Shown: positions 40,270 through 53,426 of the stretch, in pieces
Layout of the letters: every line of letters begins with the position of its first letter
Position numbering within the stretch: the stretch's first letter is position 1
Assembly (NCBI RefSeq): GCF_009834535.1
Contig: NC_045696.1
Coordinates: 14,324,001 to 14,388,000, forward strand
Reading direction: 5' to 3'
Origin: Camelus ferus
Lineage: Eukaryota
DNA: 64,000 bases
Made by a program: the position numbers and the translations under genes
The notes under the pieces: model-generated
What the model saw: only the letters and a program-made list of their open reading frames with translations
The model's database searches: none
Told to the model about the DNA's origin: nothing

Positions 40270-41245
40270 GATGGTGAGAAAGATAAACAGCAGCCCTGAA
40301 AGCACTAATGGTAAGTCAGAGCGTTCCCTACATCCCACACACAATCTTCAGAACATCAAATCAGACAAGGTCAGTCTGTGACAATGATGGAGTGAGGCAA
40401 AAGCAAGACTGGTCTGTAGTCATATCCGGGAACACATGAAAACAAGAACACTATTCAAACCACAAAATGACTAAGCATCGCCCTCGGTGACTTCTGCCTC
40501 TCTATCAATGACAACTTTAGCCTTGTTCCACTTTCTCAATAAAAGCTGCTAACTACCCAGTCATGGAGCTGGGCCTGTTTCCTGGCAGTGCCTGTGGGAG
40601 GCAGACTAATGGTCTAGTTTCCAGAACCTGTGAGTATGTCATACTTTGTGGTAAGGGGGCATTGAGGTTGCTAATCCACAGGCCTAGAGGAAGGGAGATT
40701 ATTCTGGATTATCTGGGTGGGCCTAACACAATCAAAAGTCTCCTTAAAGTGAAAGAGGATGGTAGGAGGGTCAGAGTCAGAATCAGGGAGAGAGATTTGA
40801 AGACGCTATGCGACTGTCTTTGAAGATGAAGGAAGAAGACACGAACCAAGGAGTCGGGACGGCCTCTTGAATCTGGAAAAACAAGGGAACAGATTCTCCT
40901 CCAAAGCCTCCACAATGAATACAGTGACACCAACACCTTGATTTGAGCTCAGTAAAACCCACTTTCAACTTCTAACCACCAAAATTGTAAAAGAATGAAT
41001 CTGTATTGTTTTAAGCCATTAACTTTGTGGACATTTGTCACAGATGGTACCCAATCCAGAAGAGACCCCTGCCTCCTTTAATCCTCTCCAAAATCAACTA
41101 CTTCAAGCCCAAATCCTAGAACTAGCCCCTCCCACACTCTTTTATTGAGACATCCTGCCCGTTCTCGTGTTGTGTAATTTCCATTGTTGTAATAAATTAA
41201 TAAGCCCAACTTTGTTTAACTACAGGTGTGTTCCTGGTGGTCCTG
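40270..41245 (+). mobile_element. ERV1 LTR (MER67-like) interrupted by an MLT1D-like LTR at 40593-41046
   Basis: Outer LTR 'cagacaaggtc...aaccacaaaatgac' and 'caagcccaaatcct...aactacaggtgtgttcctggtggtc'; inner 'gggagattattctggattatctgggtgggcct'; gtgcc/gtacc putative TSD. Confidence 0.7.
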
Positions 41246-43274
41246 GTTGATGGGCAGAGCAGTGTGAACACCCTCTTATTAAAGTAAATAGAGATGAAGG
41301 TTCTAAATTGCAACAAGGGAGGCCCCCTGGGGTAGAAGATGGCCTTTTGAAGGTCATTAGGTGTTCACTAGATGAAAAAGAGGGCAGAAGGCAGCAAAGA
41401 AGCATGGTAGGTCTCCTTTACCTTGAAACCGGCTCTGGAAAACAGGCTGAGAAATGGGAGTGAGTGTTCCTAGAGATTCCCTTCCACCTGACCCCAGCTG
41501 AATGACTGCTTCTACACATGTTCCAGTCTGGGATCCGAGTGCTTGGAGAGAAAAAAGAGAGAGAGAACTTTAGGGAAGTTTGTTCTGAAGAAGTAGGAAG
41601 TGAGATTGGAGAAATTGGTAGTCTTGTAAGCCACTAACTTATCTTTATCCTGAAATCTGTAAGTAACCGCAAAATAAACAGAGTTTGTGAAAGAAAGTCA
41701 TGCTATTAGATTTGTATCTTGAGAGATGATTACGTCTGCGGTACAGAAGATGGGTTGGAGGCAGCCTGGCAGACCAGATAGGCAGTTGGTGTAGTAACCC
41801 AGGCAAGACATGATAAGGGTACTAACTAACTGAGGCAGCAATTAGGAGGGAAGATCTGCCACCATTTCTTAGAGGTAATGAGATGGGAAAATCTAAGGAC
41901 TTGGTATCAAGATCAAGAGTGGAGCCTAGTAATTATTAAAATTTATTTGCAAGCTTATGAAAATACTAGAGGGTCTTGCTAACCACAGGGTCAAATCAGT
42001 AAGCACATAATGAGTGTTTTGTCTCTGTTATCAGTGGTAGAACCCTGGGCGTGGAAGGAATCAGAAGACCTCAGCTTGATACCTTTGTTCAAGACTCAGC
42101 TTTCTCCTTTGGTAGATATTTGCTCACTTGGGAAAATTACTTAATTTCCATCAATTTCCTCATGGTACTTGTCTCCCAAGATAATTGTCAGAATTAAATA
42201 AAATTCTATGGACTTATTCTATAAATTATAAACCATAAACCAATATGTAAATATAAGGTATAATTATTAATGGCATAAGAAGTGACATTAAGTAGGGATA
42301 TTTCTGGAAAAGAGTTCTATAACTTTAAAAATGCTGTGTAACTCGTTTTAGCGTGGAGGGATGGATTTAGACACAGACCATCCTTGGCTGACTATAGCTT
42401 GGCATTTTTCTTTATAAATGAATGATACAGCCTCCAACAAATTATTTAACTTTCCAATATTGACTTCGTCTTCTGTAATACAGTAGATAATTTAATCTAC
42501 CTCAAAAAAAAAAAGTTATACAAATAAACAGTGAAATTATCTATTGCTGTATGCGTCACATAACTGCTGCAAGAGAAAAAGAGATAAGTTGTTGCTGTTC
42601 TTAATCTCTTCTTGTCCCTCTTTAAGGTCCTTATATTTTTTAGGTTCAAGATGGCAGATAGACCAAATAGATTTTTCCCCTCCCTTTCCTCAGAATCCAT
42701 TAAATTTTAACAAAGGCTGGAAGCCAACAGTGACAGGGAGAATTTTAGGGACAATATCAACTGAGGAGAGATTAACTAAATTTCTGGATGACGGAAAGGA
42801 GATGACAGGAAAACAGAAAGAAGGAAGGAGGGAGTCATGATAGAAACTATGAGAGGAGGGGGCTACAAGCAACAGTAAACTGGTCTTCCTTTCAAATTCC
42901 CAGGGAGAATTGGAACCTATAACACTAAGAAAAGTACCAGGGTTGGTGCTGAAAAAGAGATAAGGCGGTTAAATGAAAACCTAGTTGAAGAAGAGCACTG
43001 GGGCCACTTGTGGTGTCACTTGAACTTTAGAGCAAAACTTCAGACCTTTACACCCTGGCGTTTGGGGACCCCACTCAGCCTAAAGGTCAGCCACCCATCT
43101 CTTAACCTAAAGTGCGTTCTGCCTGTCACTGAGCTTTTCCCCTGTACCCAGAGCTCCAGTGCAGCTTGTCAGTGTGTCACTAGCAAATCTGAGAGAATGA
43201 CAGACAATCAGAGCAATGATGGTTACAGTATATGATAGGACAGAAATTAGCACATATAGCAACGATACCATAGC

Positions 43275-43975
43275 AGTGAGCGTACTTAGCACCTATATTT
43301 TGGTTTCTAAGTACCAGTCTTCACTTTAGGGATCTAGAATTCCTGGGAGAAATCACTGACTCCGTGACGGGAGCAGAAAAACTCAAGATGAACTTGGACT
43401 ATCTTATTTAGCCAGAAAGTAAAGCATTGATCAAATGGCTAGGGGGTCATTTCTAAAGGACAAAGGAGCAGCATGAAGGTGTCCCCACGGTCCAAATCTG
43501 GGAAAATTTGAACATCAAAATTAATAATGTTATTAATGGATGGTAACACATTGAGTAAAATAAGAATAAATATTGATACAAATAAATAAGCACACAAAAA
43601 ACACGTGAGAAGAGAAATTTCTTTCTTACGGTAGAATGCCAACTAATAAAAGTAAAAGGATGTCTAAAAATTAGAAAATTGTGAATGGATCTTAAAATAG
43701 TGGGTAAAGCTTGATAAGGAGCAGAATATTCACTTACTGTCAAAGTGTCAACACAATTCAGTTATTAATTACAAAGGGAGAAATAGCAGCTCTGCAGTGA
43801 AGAAACTTGAAGGACCTTACTTTCATCAAGTGATCAATGTTAACACTCACATAATTTACATAAATCAACATAATGTGCCTCCTGATACAAGACACTGAGA
43901 AGTTTACAGCATTACTTCTATGGCATTTCTACCCAAAAATGCTAAATGTTAATCTAATCATGAGAAAAGTGCCTA
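43275..43975 (+). mobile_element. L1MC4-like 3' fragment
   Basis: 'ttcctgggagaaat...caagatgaacttgga...aaaggacaaaggagcagc...ccaaatctggga...atcaacataatgtgcctcctgat'. Confidence 0.7.
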
Positions 43976-44942
43976 TACCCAAATCAAGGGTTATACATAT
44001 ATGAATCTTATTATAGGCTGTCTCTTATTTTGGGTCCTTGGAAGGAAATGAGTGTGGGATATCTATCTTTGGATAATCATTTATAGCACATTAATTGGAA
44101 TAAGATAAGAGATTATAAAATTTCCTTTAAATATTGAATAAAGTATATTTAACTCTTGAAAGCCAGAATTGCATTTTATTTATCCCTCTGTTCCCAAATT
44201 TTAGGACAATGCTAGGTGTCCTAGCTTCTTGGTGAGTATCTGTTGAATGAGTATCTCTTGAAAATAGTCAGCTTCTCAGGCCAGAGACTCTGTTCCAGGT
44301 TTTTACAGCCCCCAAATTTTTAACACAATGGCCAGAGCCCAATAACTTTGTACATACATGAATGAACTTTACATTGGACTATACAATATTTTGTACCCAT
44401 GAAGCAGAGATTTAGTAAGTCAGTGCACAATTATTGAGCACCTTCTCTGAGACAGGCAGGGGTGCGATAAATACTCGACACAAGATTGAATGCAATATAA
44501 TTCAAACAAAGCATTTTGCTTTGATAAAATAGAGGTTTCTTAGTAAGCAAGACAAGAAACATTTTCTAAGTGTAGACTGCATATCATTTCAAGTGATTTT
44601 GATGGTAACTATATTCCAAAGAATAAATGCTTCATTTTTAATACAGCTACATATATAATCAGAGGCAAAGAAGGTAGCAAAAATAAAACCACCAACCAAA
44701 AAGGGAAAACAATACTATGTGACTTTTGCTGTTGGCTTCCTGTTGTTCACCAAATCTAATCTTAGGAAGCCCTAAAAATAGGTTTTCATAACAAGTCCAT
44801 TTTGTCAGATTTTTTTTACAACAGTTTATGAGGTTCAAATCTCAATCCTCTAGAACTGAATTCTATAAACAGCAGGTAAAGGGGAAAAAACAAAATGGAA
44901 TTGTCTCACTAATGAAAGAAGAAAAGAAAAATTTTAACATTC

Positions 44943-45380
44943 ATAAATATACCACATCTTCTTTATCCAGTCATCTGTTGATGGACATTTAGGCTGTTTC
45001 CATGTCTTGGCTATTGTAAATAGTGCTGCTATGAATATTGGGGTGCAGGTGTCTTTTTGAAGTTGGGTTTCTTCTGGATATATGCCCAGGAGCGGGATTC
45101 CTGGGTCATATGGTAAGTCTATTCCTAGTCTTTTGAGGAATCTCCATACTGTTTTCCACAATGGCTGCACCAAACTGCATTCCCACCAGCTGTGTAGGAG
45201 GGTTCCCTTCTCTCCACAGCCTCTCCAGCATTTATTGTTTGTGGACATTTTAAAGATGGCCATTCTGACTGGTGTGAGGTGTTACCTCATTGTAGTTTTG
45301 ATTTGCATTTCTCTGATAATTAGTGATACTGAGCATTTTTTCATGTGCCTGTTGATCATTTGTATTTCTTCCTTGGAGAA
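44943..45380 (-). mobile_element. Young L1 ORF2 fragment lacking 3'UTR and poly(A)
   Basis: ORF 44934-45263 ([34 protein letters not shown]...) is nearly identical to the L1 at 27030-27335. Confidence 0.9.
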
Positions 45381-45385
45381 TTACA

Positions 45386-45576
45386 CAGTTGACTCTTGGA
45401 CACTGCATGTCTGAACTGCAAGAGTCCACTTATATGTGGATATTTATGGTAGCAAATACTACAGTGCTACACAATCCAAGGTTGGTAGAATCCACAGATT
45501 CAGAGGAACCTCACATACAGAGGATCGAATATAAATTATATACAAATCAATTCTTCCACTGTTTAAAGGTCATCTG
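45386..45576 (-). mobile_element. MER8 (Tigger2-derived) MITE
   Basis: Terminal inverted repeats 'cagttgactcttg' and 'aaggtcatctg'; internal 'gtccacttatatgtggat...aaatactacagtgctacac'. Confidence 0.75.
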
Positions 45577-45816
45577 TATTTGATCAGATTTAGGACATTT
45601 CTAAGGAACATTTTTAAAAATTGAATTCTCACCACAAAGGAACAAAATTGTTAGGTATCACCCTATCCTGGTGTACAGTCTGAAATCAAAATAAGATGTG
45701 ATTAAAGTTCACCATTATAGAATGAAAATGGCTGATGAGTTCAAAGGCAAAGAAAAAAAAAGTACAGTAAAATAAACAACCAGAACAAACAAAAAAATTG
45801 TGCTGAATGAATTAGA

Positions 45817-45822
45817 TTTATT
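45817..45822 (-). terminator. Poly(A) signal of KRTAP7-1
   Basis: AATAAA (minus) ~370 nt after the stop, followed by a U/GU-rich downstream element (45750-45800). Confidence 0.8.
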
Positions 45823-46190
45823 GAGACTAACAGAAAAAGCCCTTCCCACTCACACCTAATTTGTAATGCATTGACCCTGATATAGAATTTAATAATACAC
45901 AGGCAGAACAACTGTAAGAGACAAACTACTTGCATCATTGGTAAGATTCGGGTGTATCGGAGAAACGCATCTGGCTTTGGCTGTAGCTGAGTGCCAGTTC
46001 TGCATCTGATGCCTGGGTGACTTGTTCAGCATCGTCCAAGACCAGGATCTCAGTAAGAAGTCAGCAAGAAGATGGAAGATATATCTCTCAAACACATCTA
46101 GAAACAGAAAGACAGTCATTGTTTTCCAGGCAGTTCTGTGTTCAGAGAACTGATTGAAGAGTCCTGGGGTCGCCTGGGGCCATTGGTCCA

Positions 46191-46454
46191 TCAGTAGGTG
46201 CTGTAGCCAAAGCCAGAGCCGGAGCCCCATGGCCTGCAGAAGCTGCCACCATAGCCGCAGCCCAGGTTGCCGATGTTGCTGCCACCAAAGCTGTAGCCCA
46301 GGGAGCTGTAGCCATTGCGTCCACAATCGTAGTTCAGTGGGGAGCCCAGGGGCACAAGGCAGTTCAGGGGGGTGGCTCTGAAGGTCCTATGGAAGTTGGT
46401 CCCATAGCAAGGATAACCCGGGAAGTAGCTTCCACAGCAGAAGAAACGAGTCAT
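46191..46454 (-). CDS. KRTAP7-1: Keratin-associated protein 7-1, 87 aa, single exon
   Basis: [32 protein letters not shown]...[14 protein letters not shown] matches known KAP7.1 end to end; strong Kozak gccaccATG. Confidence 0.98.
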   Translation of the reverse strand: MTRFFCCGSYFPGYPCYGTNFHRTFRATPLNCLVPLGSPLNYDCGRNGYSSLGYSFGGSNIGNLGCGYGGSFCRPWGSGSGFGYSTY

Positions 46455-46536
46455 GGTGGCAGGGGTTGAGATGGATTTGGAGAGATTGCGAAAAGCAAGT
46501 TACGCAAGAGTGAGTGAAGTTCTCCTGCACGGGGCT

Positions 46537-46707
46537 TTTTATACCTCAAGCTGGTGGGCATGACACGCTTGCCTAGACATCTTCCAACTAATTTGCATAG
46601 ATAATTTTATTATTACAAATAAAATGCATACAAAGGAGCCCACAGACTCATTGCCCATGTTTTTGTGGGCTTTTCTGTTTGCAAAGCAATGTGCCCCATC
46701 TTCAAAG
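46537..46707 (-). promoter_or_regulatory. KRTAP7-1 promoter
   Basis: TATAAAA 46537-46543, octamer ATTTGCAT 46591-46598, full HK-1/LEF1 motif CTTTGAAGA 46699-46707. Confidence 0.8.
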
Positions 46708-46929
46708 CTGGTGTCCATCCTTGACACATAATTGAATTCTTTTCATCAGTGTTCCATGATTTAACCACTGTTGTGATTGCATCATGTGAGGCTCTTTAAA
46801 TCCTCTGATTATAAACTCCTCCCAAATGACATAGCTAAACCAAAAAAGCTTTGGCGACCATGTAAACACTTTTATAGCTTCTCGAAATTCTCTCCCTATG
46901 TCATTCAAAAACGTTGGTATCCCAACTAT

Positions 46930-47090
46930 TTAATGAGTATGGAGTTTCTTTTGGAGTAAAGAAAATTATTTGGAACTAGAGGCAGTGGTTGCAAAACATC
47001 GTGATGCCCTAAATACCACTGAACGGTTCACTTTAAAGCAGTTCATTTTATGTTATGTGAATTTCACCTCAATAATTTTTTTTTTTAAAT
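46930..47090 (+). mobile_element. L1MB-like 3' end
   Basis: 'tttaatgagtatggagtttc...ggaactaga...ttttatgttatgtgaatttcacctcaataa'. Confidence 0.75.
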
Positions 47091-48419
47091 TTTAAAGCAT
47101 TACTACAGAAAGCCATCAGAACAAGTCTTTCCACAGAGGCTGCAAGAACACTAAATAATAGGATGGTTATGGATAACCTAGTAGTAATTTTCATGTATTT
47201 CATTTATAAGCATTCTCCTTGTTAACACTTCTTTTTTTCTCGCAGAGGATATACAACTTCTGATTGTAAATCATCTTGAACATTGCCAAGCTGTCTTGTT
47301 GTGGAGTTGCCACACTGGGGCTGAGTGGAATGGTGCCCAGTTTAAAGTCATGTTCTACCATGCTTGGTCCTTACTGACTCCTGGTAAAACAAGCCTGGCT
47401 ATCATGACCCATTACAAAATATCAGTTACATTTAAAAATGCAGCACTTCTGCTCCCATTGTGCTCTGAGTGGCCACTTCTCATGACAAAGGCAAGCTAGA
47501 AATAATTTGAGCTCAGCAAAGCTAAGACTATTCCAATTCAAATGTTTAGGAAATAATTGTTTTTATAGAGCCTGGATTTTCTGAAAGTAGAAAAAAGAAA
47601 ACTTCCCAGATACCAACTCCTTTTGCTTATCACCCCGCCCCTAACCCTTAATGGATGAGCATAGAGCCCAACAGGCAAAACTCATTATTTCAGACATCAC
47701 TCGCTTTGTTAAAATTATGCCTCTCTCATGCTGTCTGACAGAAGAACTTCCCACGGATCATATTACTTAAGTTTGGACATTTTTTTAGTTTAAAAGTTTA
47801 ATGTAGTTCCCCAATATATTTCATATAACAATCTTACATTAATGTTCCAAAACACATGGGCATTATCTGGTTTTACTTGTCACTAGTTGGCTAAAGCTTA
47901 AAGCAAAGAAGTATGACCGGATCTGCTGGGAGAGCCTTTGGTGCCTTCCTCTGGCTCAGGCTCGGGCTCAGGCTGATCGAGGCCAACCCAGGGTGCTGGC
48001 TGCACAGCTGCAGAGACAGGCCACCTCCTCACCCTCTGAGGGTGTGGCTGGGCAGCTTCCGCGGAAACCCCTCAGAGCCCTGTGCACAGAGACCTTTGCA
48101 GTCTTCCCCAGGTGGGTGCTGCTCGGCCAGATCTTGGCCACACTCCAGGGTTGGGATAGGCAGAGGTTGCCTACTCCTGTGTGGCTGTGAGCATGGGTTC
48201 TGCCTATTGTCTAGAACCAGTCCCCTGCCCCTCCTCGAAGACCCTGCTAGGATTCCCCTCTGCATCTCACAAAGGTAGTGGGAGCAAAGACGTCCAGGGC
48301 TGGGCAAGAAAGGGACGGCCGACAGCAGGAAGCAGGTTTGCACCTGGGTGCCCAATGACGGGTGACCCATGTGGTGGGGACAAACAGAAGGATGGGTGAG
48401 GCCGAGGTCCAGTGACCCT

Positions 48420-48630
48420 GGGGGGTAAATTGGGAGTTTGGGATTAGCAGTTATGAACTACTCTACATAGAATAAATAAACAACAAGGTTCTACTGTGTA
48501 GCACAGAGAAGTATATGCAATAGCTTGTAATAACCTATAATGGAAAAGGATCTATATACGTATACCTGAATCACCATGCTGTACACCAGAAACTAACACA
48601 ACATTGTAAATCAACTATGTCAAGAAAAAA
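48420..48630 (+). mobile_element. Artiodactyl-type L1 3'UTR end
   Basis: 'ataaacaacaaggttctactgtgtagcacag...cttgtaataacctataatgg...gctgtacaccagaaactaacacaacattgtaaatcaacta'. Confidence 0.85.
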
Positions 48631-49656
48631 TTATATATATGTACATACAATTATACGAAAATTATATATATATGTACATATGTATACACAACTGAAAAAA
48701 ATGTGAGTGGCAGAGGGCAGAGTGACTGCTCTCAGTTAATTGTGACGTGGTTACTTGAAAAATTGAACTGCTGATTCTACCTTGCAATGACATTCTCACC
48801 TGTAATTTGGACCGGCTGCCATCAGGTGGCAGTGGTATTTCCGTTACTCCGTCAGAACCACAGGGCTGGAGTCGGGGTTCTCAAATGCAAACAGGCAGAA
48901 GAACACCCTAAAAATGTGTTTGAAATTCACATTTCCAGGGGTCTCCTCTCCCACTACCACCAAGAGATCCTAGAAATCTATATTTATAATGAGTATTTAA
49001 AGTATTTCATGAGTATTTCGTGAATAAATCATCCTGATAAATTCTGGACCAGTCTTTCGTGAGATTTCAAGGAATCTGCTTTGCTTGGCTGTGTGAAACT
49101 GCCCTGAGCTGCTTATCTCTCTTTGACAGGCATGTTCAGTGTCAGTCACAGGTGGCCTATTTCCTTTCTTTCTGGGTGATAAAGATAATTAAAGAAAAAA
49201 CCTTACTCTGTCTTTTCCATTCCCCTGTGCTCTGTTTATTTTCTCAGGACATACCTGAACACAAAGGGAAGTAACAGGAGTGTGTCCAGGCATCTTCCCA
49301 GAGGTAAAACCCATCTGAACTGGTCTATAAATTTGTCACCCCCCATTTAAAAAAAAAAAAAAAAGCTCTTTTGCTTGTTTTTTTATCTTCCTATCTCCTT
49401 TTAAACTTTCTCAGAAAAAATGCTCAGCCAAGTATTTGTTATTCAATATTTTTTATTTTAAATATTAGTAATAATAAATATTCATGGGGGGCTCACTGCT
49501 AGGTTTCTGCTCTAAACACTTTATATGTACTGCTTATTTATATATTTTACTATATATTATATATATACTTGTTTGTGTATTTTACCATGTATCGTGTATA
49601 TATATATATATATAGTTAGAGGACTTACTATGCACTTTTCTAAGCACATAACACAT

Positions 49657-49939
49657 TTTTTAAACATTTTTTATTGAGTTATAGTCATTTTACAATGTTG
49701 TGTCAAATTCCACTGCAGAGCATAATTTTTCAGTTATACATGAACATACATATGTTCATTGTCACATTTTTTTCGCTATGAGCTACCACAAGATCTTGTA
49801 TATATTTCCCTGTGCTGTACAGTATAATTTTGTTTATCTATTCTGCATATGCCTGTCAGTATCTACAAATTTCGAACTCCCAGTCTATCCCTTCCCACCT
49901 CCCGCCCCCTTGGCAACCACAAGTTTGTATTCTTTGTCT
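49657..49939 (-). mobile_element. Young L1 3'UTR fragment with TSD, inserted into a MIR
   Basis: Near-identical to 26570-26840; TSD agcacataacacat (49643-49656) / agcacataacaaat (49940-49953). Confidence 0.9.
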
Positions 49940-52900
49940 AGCACATAACAAATGTTAATTCGTTTAATGTTTGTAATGATCTTACAAGGTGCGTGTTATG
50001 ATTTTTCTAGTAAGAAAACTGAAGCCAGAAAGTTTAAGAGATCTTCACAAAGTCACACAGTTAATAATCAGCAGAATCAAGCTCCAGATCACACGGTGTA
50101 GCTCAAGGCCATGCTTTGGCTGTTTTGCTCTACTGCCTTTGCTGTTCCTGAGACTTTAAAGGGCTTCAGCTTATAAAGTGTTTCAGATCATTTTGTTCCT
50201 TTCTTGAACATATCAGTAAGAAAAGGCTAGTTTTCGCTGCTATAACAAACAACTCAAAATCTAAATGCTTGGAAGAATCAGAGGTTTATTTCATGCTCAC
50301 ACTGCACATCCCCCCCTGGGTTGGTGGGTGTCTTAGATGAATGACATTCTCATTCAAAGATTTAAGCTGACAGAGTTTTCATGATCTGAAATATTACTGG
50401 TAGGGGAAGAGCAGGTGGCAGATCACACACTAGCTCCCAAAAACTTCTACCAATTGTCGTGTGTCGCTTGCACACTGCCCACTCCACGACCCTACCTGAC
50501 TTCACAGGTCATGGCCGGCAATGCTGCTGTGAATGCAGAAGGAGGGAATCCGTGATGTTGCAGGACGGCATTAATGACCCCCGTGGGGACTTTATACTCC
50601 TTACACAGACTCCAGTAATTCCTAAAACACAATTTAACAATGTTTCTAAACACATTTTCCAAAATTTAGATAATTACATAAAAACAAGTAAAAAGAATTT
50701 TTAAAGCCTTTATGTAACATAGTTTAAAATGGTTCTGATACTGGACACTTTTAAGTCCATAATTTTCTGGGCAATTCATTGGCTATCAATCTGTGCATGG
50801 TTATAGATCACTAGATAGTTTTCATTACTTTTCTTTCTCTTCTTCCCTCCATATCTGCCTAGTCACTGTGTAATCTAATTGAGGAAAAGGCACTTCATCC
50901 CTTTTAACTGCCGATAGCATTTCATTGTATGGATGTGCCATGCTTTGCTTATCCACTCATCAGCTGATGCACATTTAGGTTGTTTCCAGTATTTGGCTGT
51001 TATGATTCATGCCGCCATGAACGTTTGTGTCCGGACAATTTTTAACATGTCAAAACTTGGGCGCCTAGTTTTCTCTCACACACCGATTCCTCCCCTAGCC
51101 TTTCCCACCTTAGTAAATAACACTGCCATCTAATTGCTCAAGACAAAAACTTCATTCCTTTTTTCATATAATTCCTTTATCTGGTCTGTCGTCAGGTCCA
51201 GTCAGCAGTGCCTCCAAAATGCATCTCAAGTCTGCGCACATTGCTCCATTGTCACTGCTACCATCCAATCAAACCAACACTGTCCCCACCCAGGACCACT
51301 GCCATCGCCTCCTCTCTGGTTTCTCTTTTCCTGCCTTTTCTCTCCCTCCACATCAGCTATGACCTTTTCAAAATAAAGTGTGTTTTGCCCTACCTACTTA
51401 GAAAGCCTTCCATGACTTCCTATTGCTCTTAGAAAAAAATAAAGATTCAAGCTTCTTACATGGCCTGGTTCCTGTCCAATTTCCCAACCGCACTTCGTAC
51501 TGTGTTCTCTCCCTCCCTCTGATCCAGACACAGTGACCATCTTTCTCGCTGTCTGTCTCCCCTGATGGTAGGCACCTTGTCTGTCTTGTTTGTGCCTGAC
51601 TAATATGGAGTTGGAGCTCAATAAATATCTCTCAATCTCTTAAATGAATAAATAGATGAACGAATGGGTGCGCCATGAAAGATGAGTGTGACTTGAACAG
51701 GTGAAGATAAAAAGGTCCTGTGGCTGCAGCAACGCCATTGGCAAGGGCAGAGCAGGAGCACCCGGGGTTTGTTGAGGGATTTGTGAGCTGATCCATTTAG
51801 ACGGAGGAATGTGCACCTGGAGGGAAGTGAAGAGGAAACTTCTAGTAAAAGGATGCCAGAGATAGAGGAGGGACAGCCTGGCATGCTGGGCAGGTGTGGG
51901 AAGAGATAAAGAGCCGCTACCAAAGGATTTAATTGAGGAAATGATGTGATTAGAACTGGCTTAGTGTGAATAATGGATTTTGGGGAAGCTACGGAGGGAG
52001 TGACACCTATTAATATACTATTAGAATTGTCAATTCAAAATAATAATCGAGCCTCTGAGTTAAGCTTGGGGCAATAAAAATGGGAATAAGGAGATAGATT
52101 TGAGTGCCATTACGGAGGAAAAATGCACAGGACTTACTTAGCAATGTCATCCAAAGAAAGAAAGGAACCCAGAGAGCCCCTCCTGGCACCCAGGTAAAAG
52201 GTGCGCCTGGTGATGGCGAATGGCAGCGACTTCAGGAGGAGGGCTTTACCTTTGAGGGGTCACGTGTGCCAAAGAGATTATAAACATTATGAAATAAAGG
52301 AAAACAGCTTAGAAGGGGAAAAAAAGCTAAATATAATGATTGAGTCTTCATCTTTCTTAAAGGAGCGCTTCAAGCAATGCTGTTAAAAGAAAAGGACTGA
52401 GAGCAGAACACTGGGGACACCCACTTTTAAGGGTGTGAGGAACAGCAGGGGTCAGTGGTGTCAGTAAATAAGGGTCATGGGGTCACAGAGAAGTCAAGAT
52501 AAAACCAACAGGTGCCGTAACAAGTGGGAACTTGTAAGGTCAGGAAAGTTGATGGTACTAACGCCAGAAAGAGTCAAAGAGGATGTTGGTTGGGATTCCC
52601 TCACTGAATTTGTTCACTGATGACCTTTGAGGGAAAAAAAAAATCAATAAAAGAAAGGGGAAGATCTGCACAAGTGATTAAGAATTGCACCAATGATTTT
52701 TTTTTAAATTAATAAACATAGACTAGCCTTCCCAGATGATGATCAAGGAAGGAAAGAAAAATGATGAAAAAAAAGATAGCTTAAAAGGTAGAGGATCAAG
52801 CATTAGTTTTTGCTATTTGTGATATGAATGTATGTATATATGTTTTTTATATGTATATGTTTTATGTTATGTATTTTTACACGTTATATATGTTTTGTGT

Positions 52901-53139
52901 GTGCGCGTATAAAGAAATCCTCAATGTTAGGGCTGGAGAAAACGTTAATCCAACTTTTTCTTTGATTCATCGTGAGAAAAGTGAGACTCAGGGGAGAAGG
53001 TGAAATATCCCATGTTACACCATCAGTGTTGATCTCAGCCTAAAATCAAGCAGCTTTGTGTCCTTGTCTATTACAGACTCAAATCCAATCAATTTCTCAG
53101 AGGGAAAAAAAATGATTCTTTTTCTGCACTATTTATCTC

Positions 53140-53426
53140 CTATGATGAGCAAACCTAAGCTGGCCCCCATGACCCCTGCCTTCCAGGATTCAGACCTTTG
53201 AGAAATACTTCTCCTGAGTATACGTAGGACCAGTGACTTGCTTATCATAAATAGAGCATGATGACAGTGACAGGATGTCACTTCTGTAATTATATTACAG
53301 GACATTGTAACAGCAAAGCTGTGCCCAGAATCCCAACCCACAGAAACCGGAATAATATGCGGGGGTGCTGTTTTAAACCACTAAGTTTATAGTGATATTG
53401 TTACACAGCAAGAGAACACTAACACA
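53140..53426 (+). mobile_element. MaLR LTR (MLT1E-like)
   Basis: 'tggcccccatgacccctgcc...gtgacttgctt...ggatgtcacttc...ttttaaaccactaagttt...ttgttacacagcaagagaacactaacaca'. Confidence 0.7.

Noticed and set aside
45889..46381. Overlapping ORFs at KRTAP7-1
   Set aside because: Alternative frames of the KAP7 CDS with no independent support.
47913..48399. Several 65-121-aa ORFs in the GC-rich block
   Set aside because: Expected from high GC; no recognisable protein or promoter. Treated as a possible captured segment instead.
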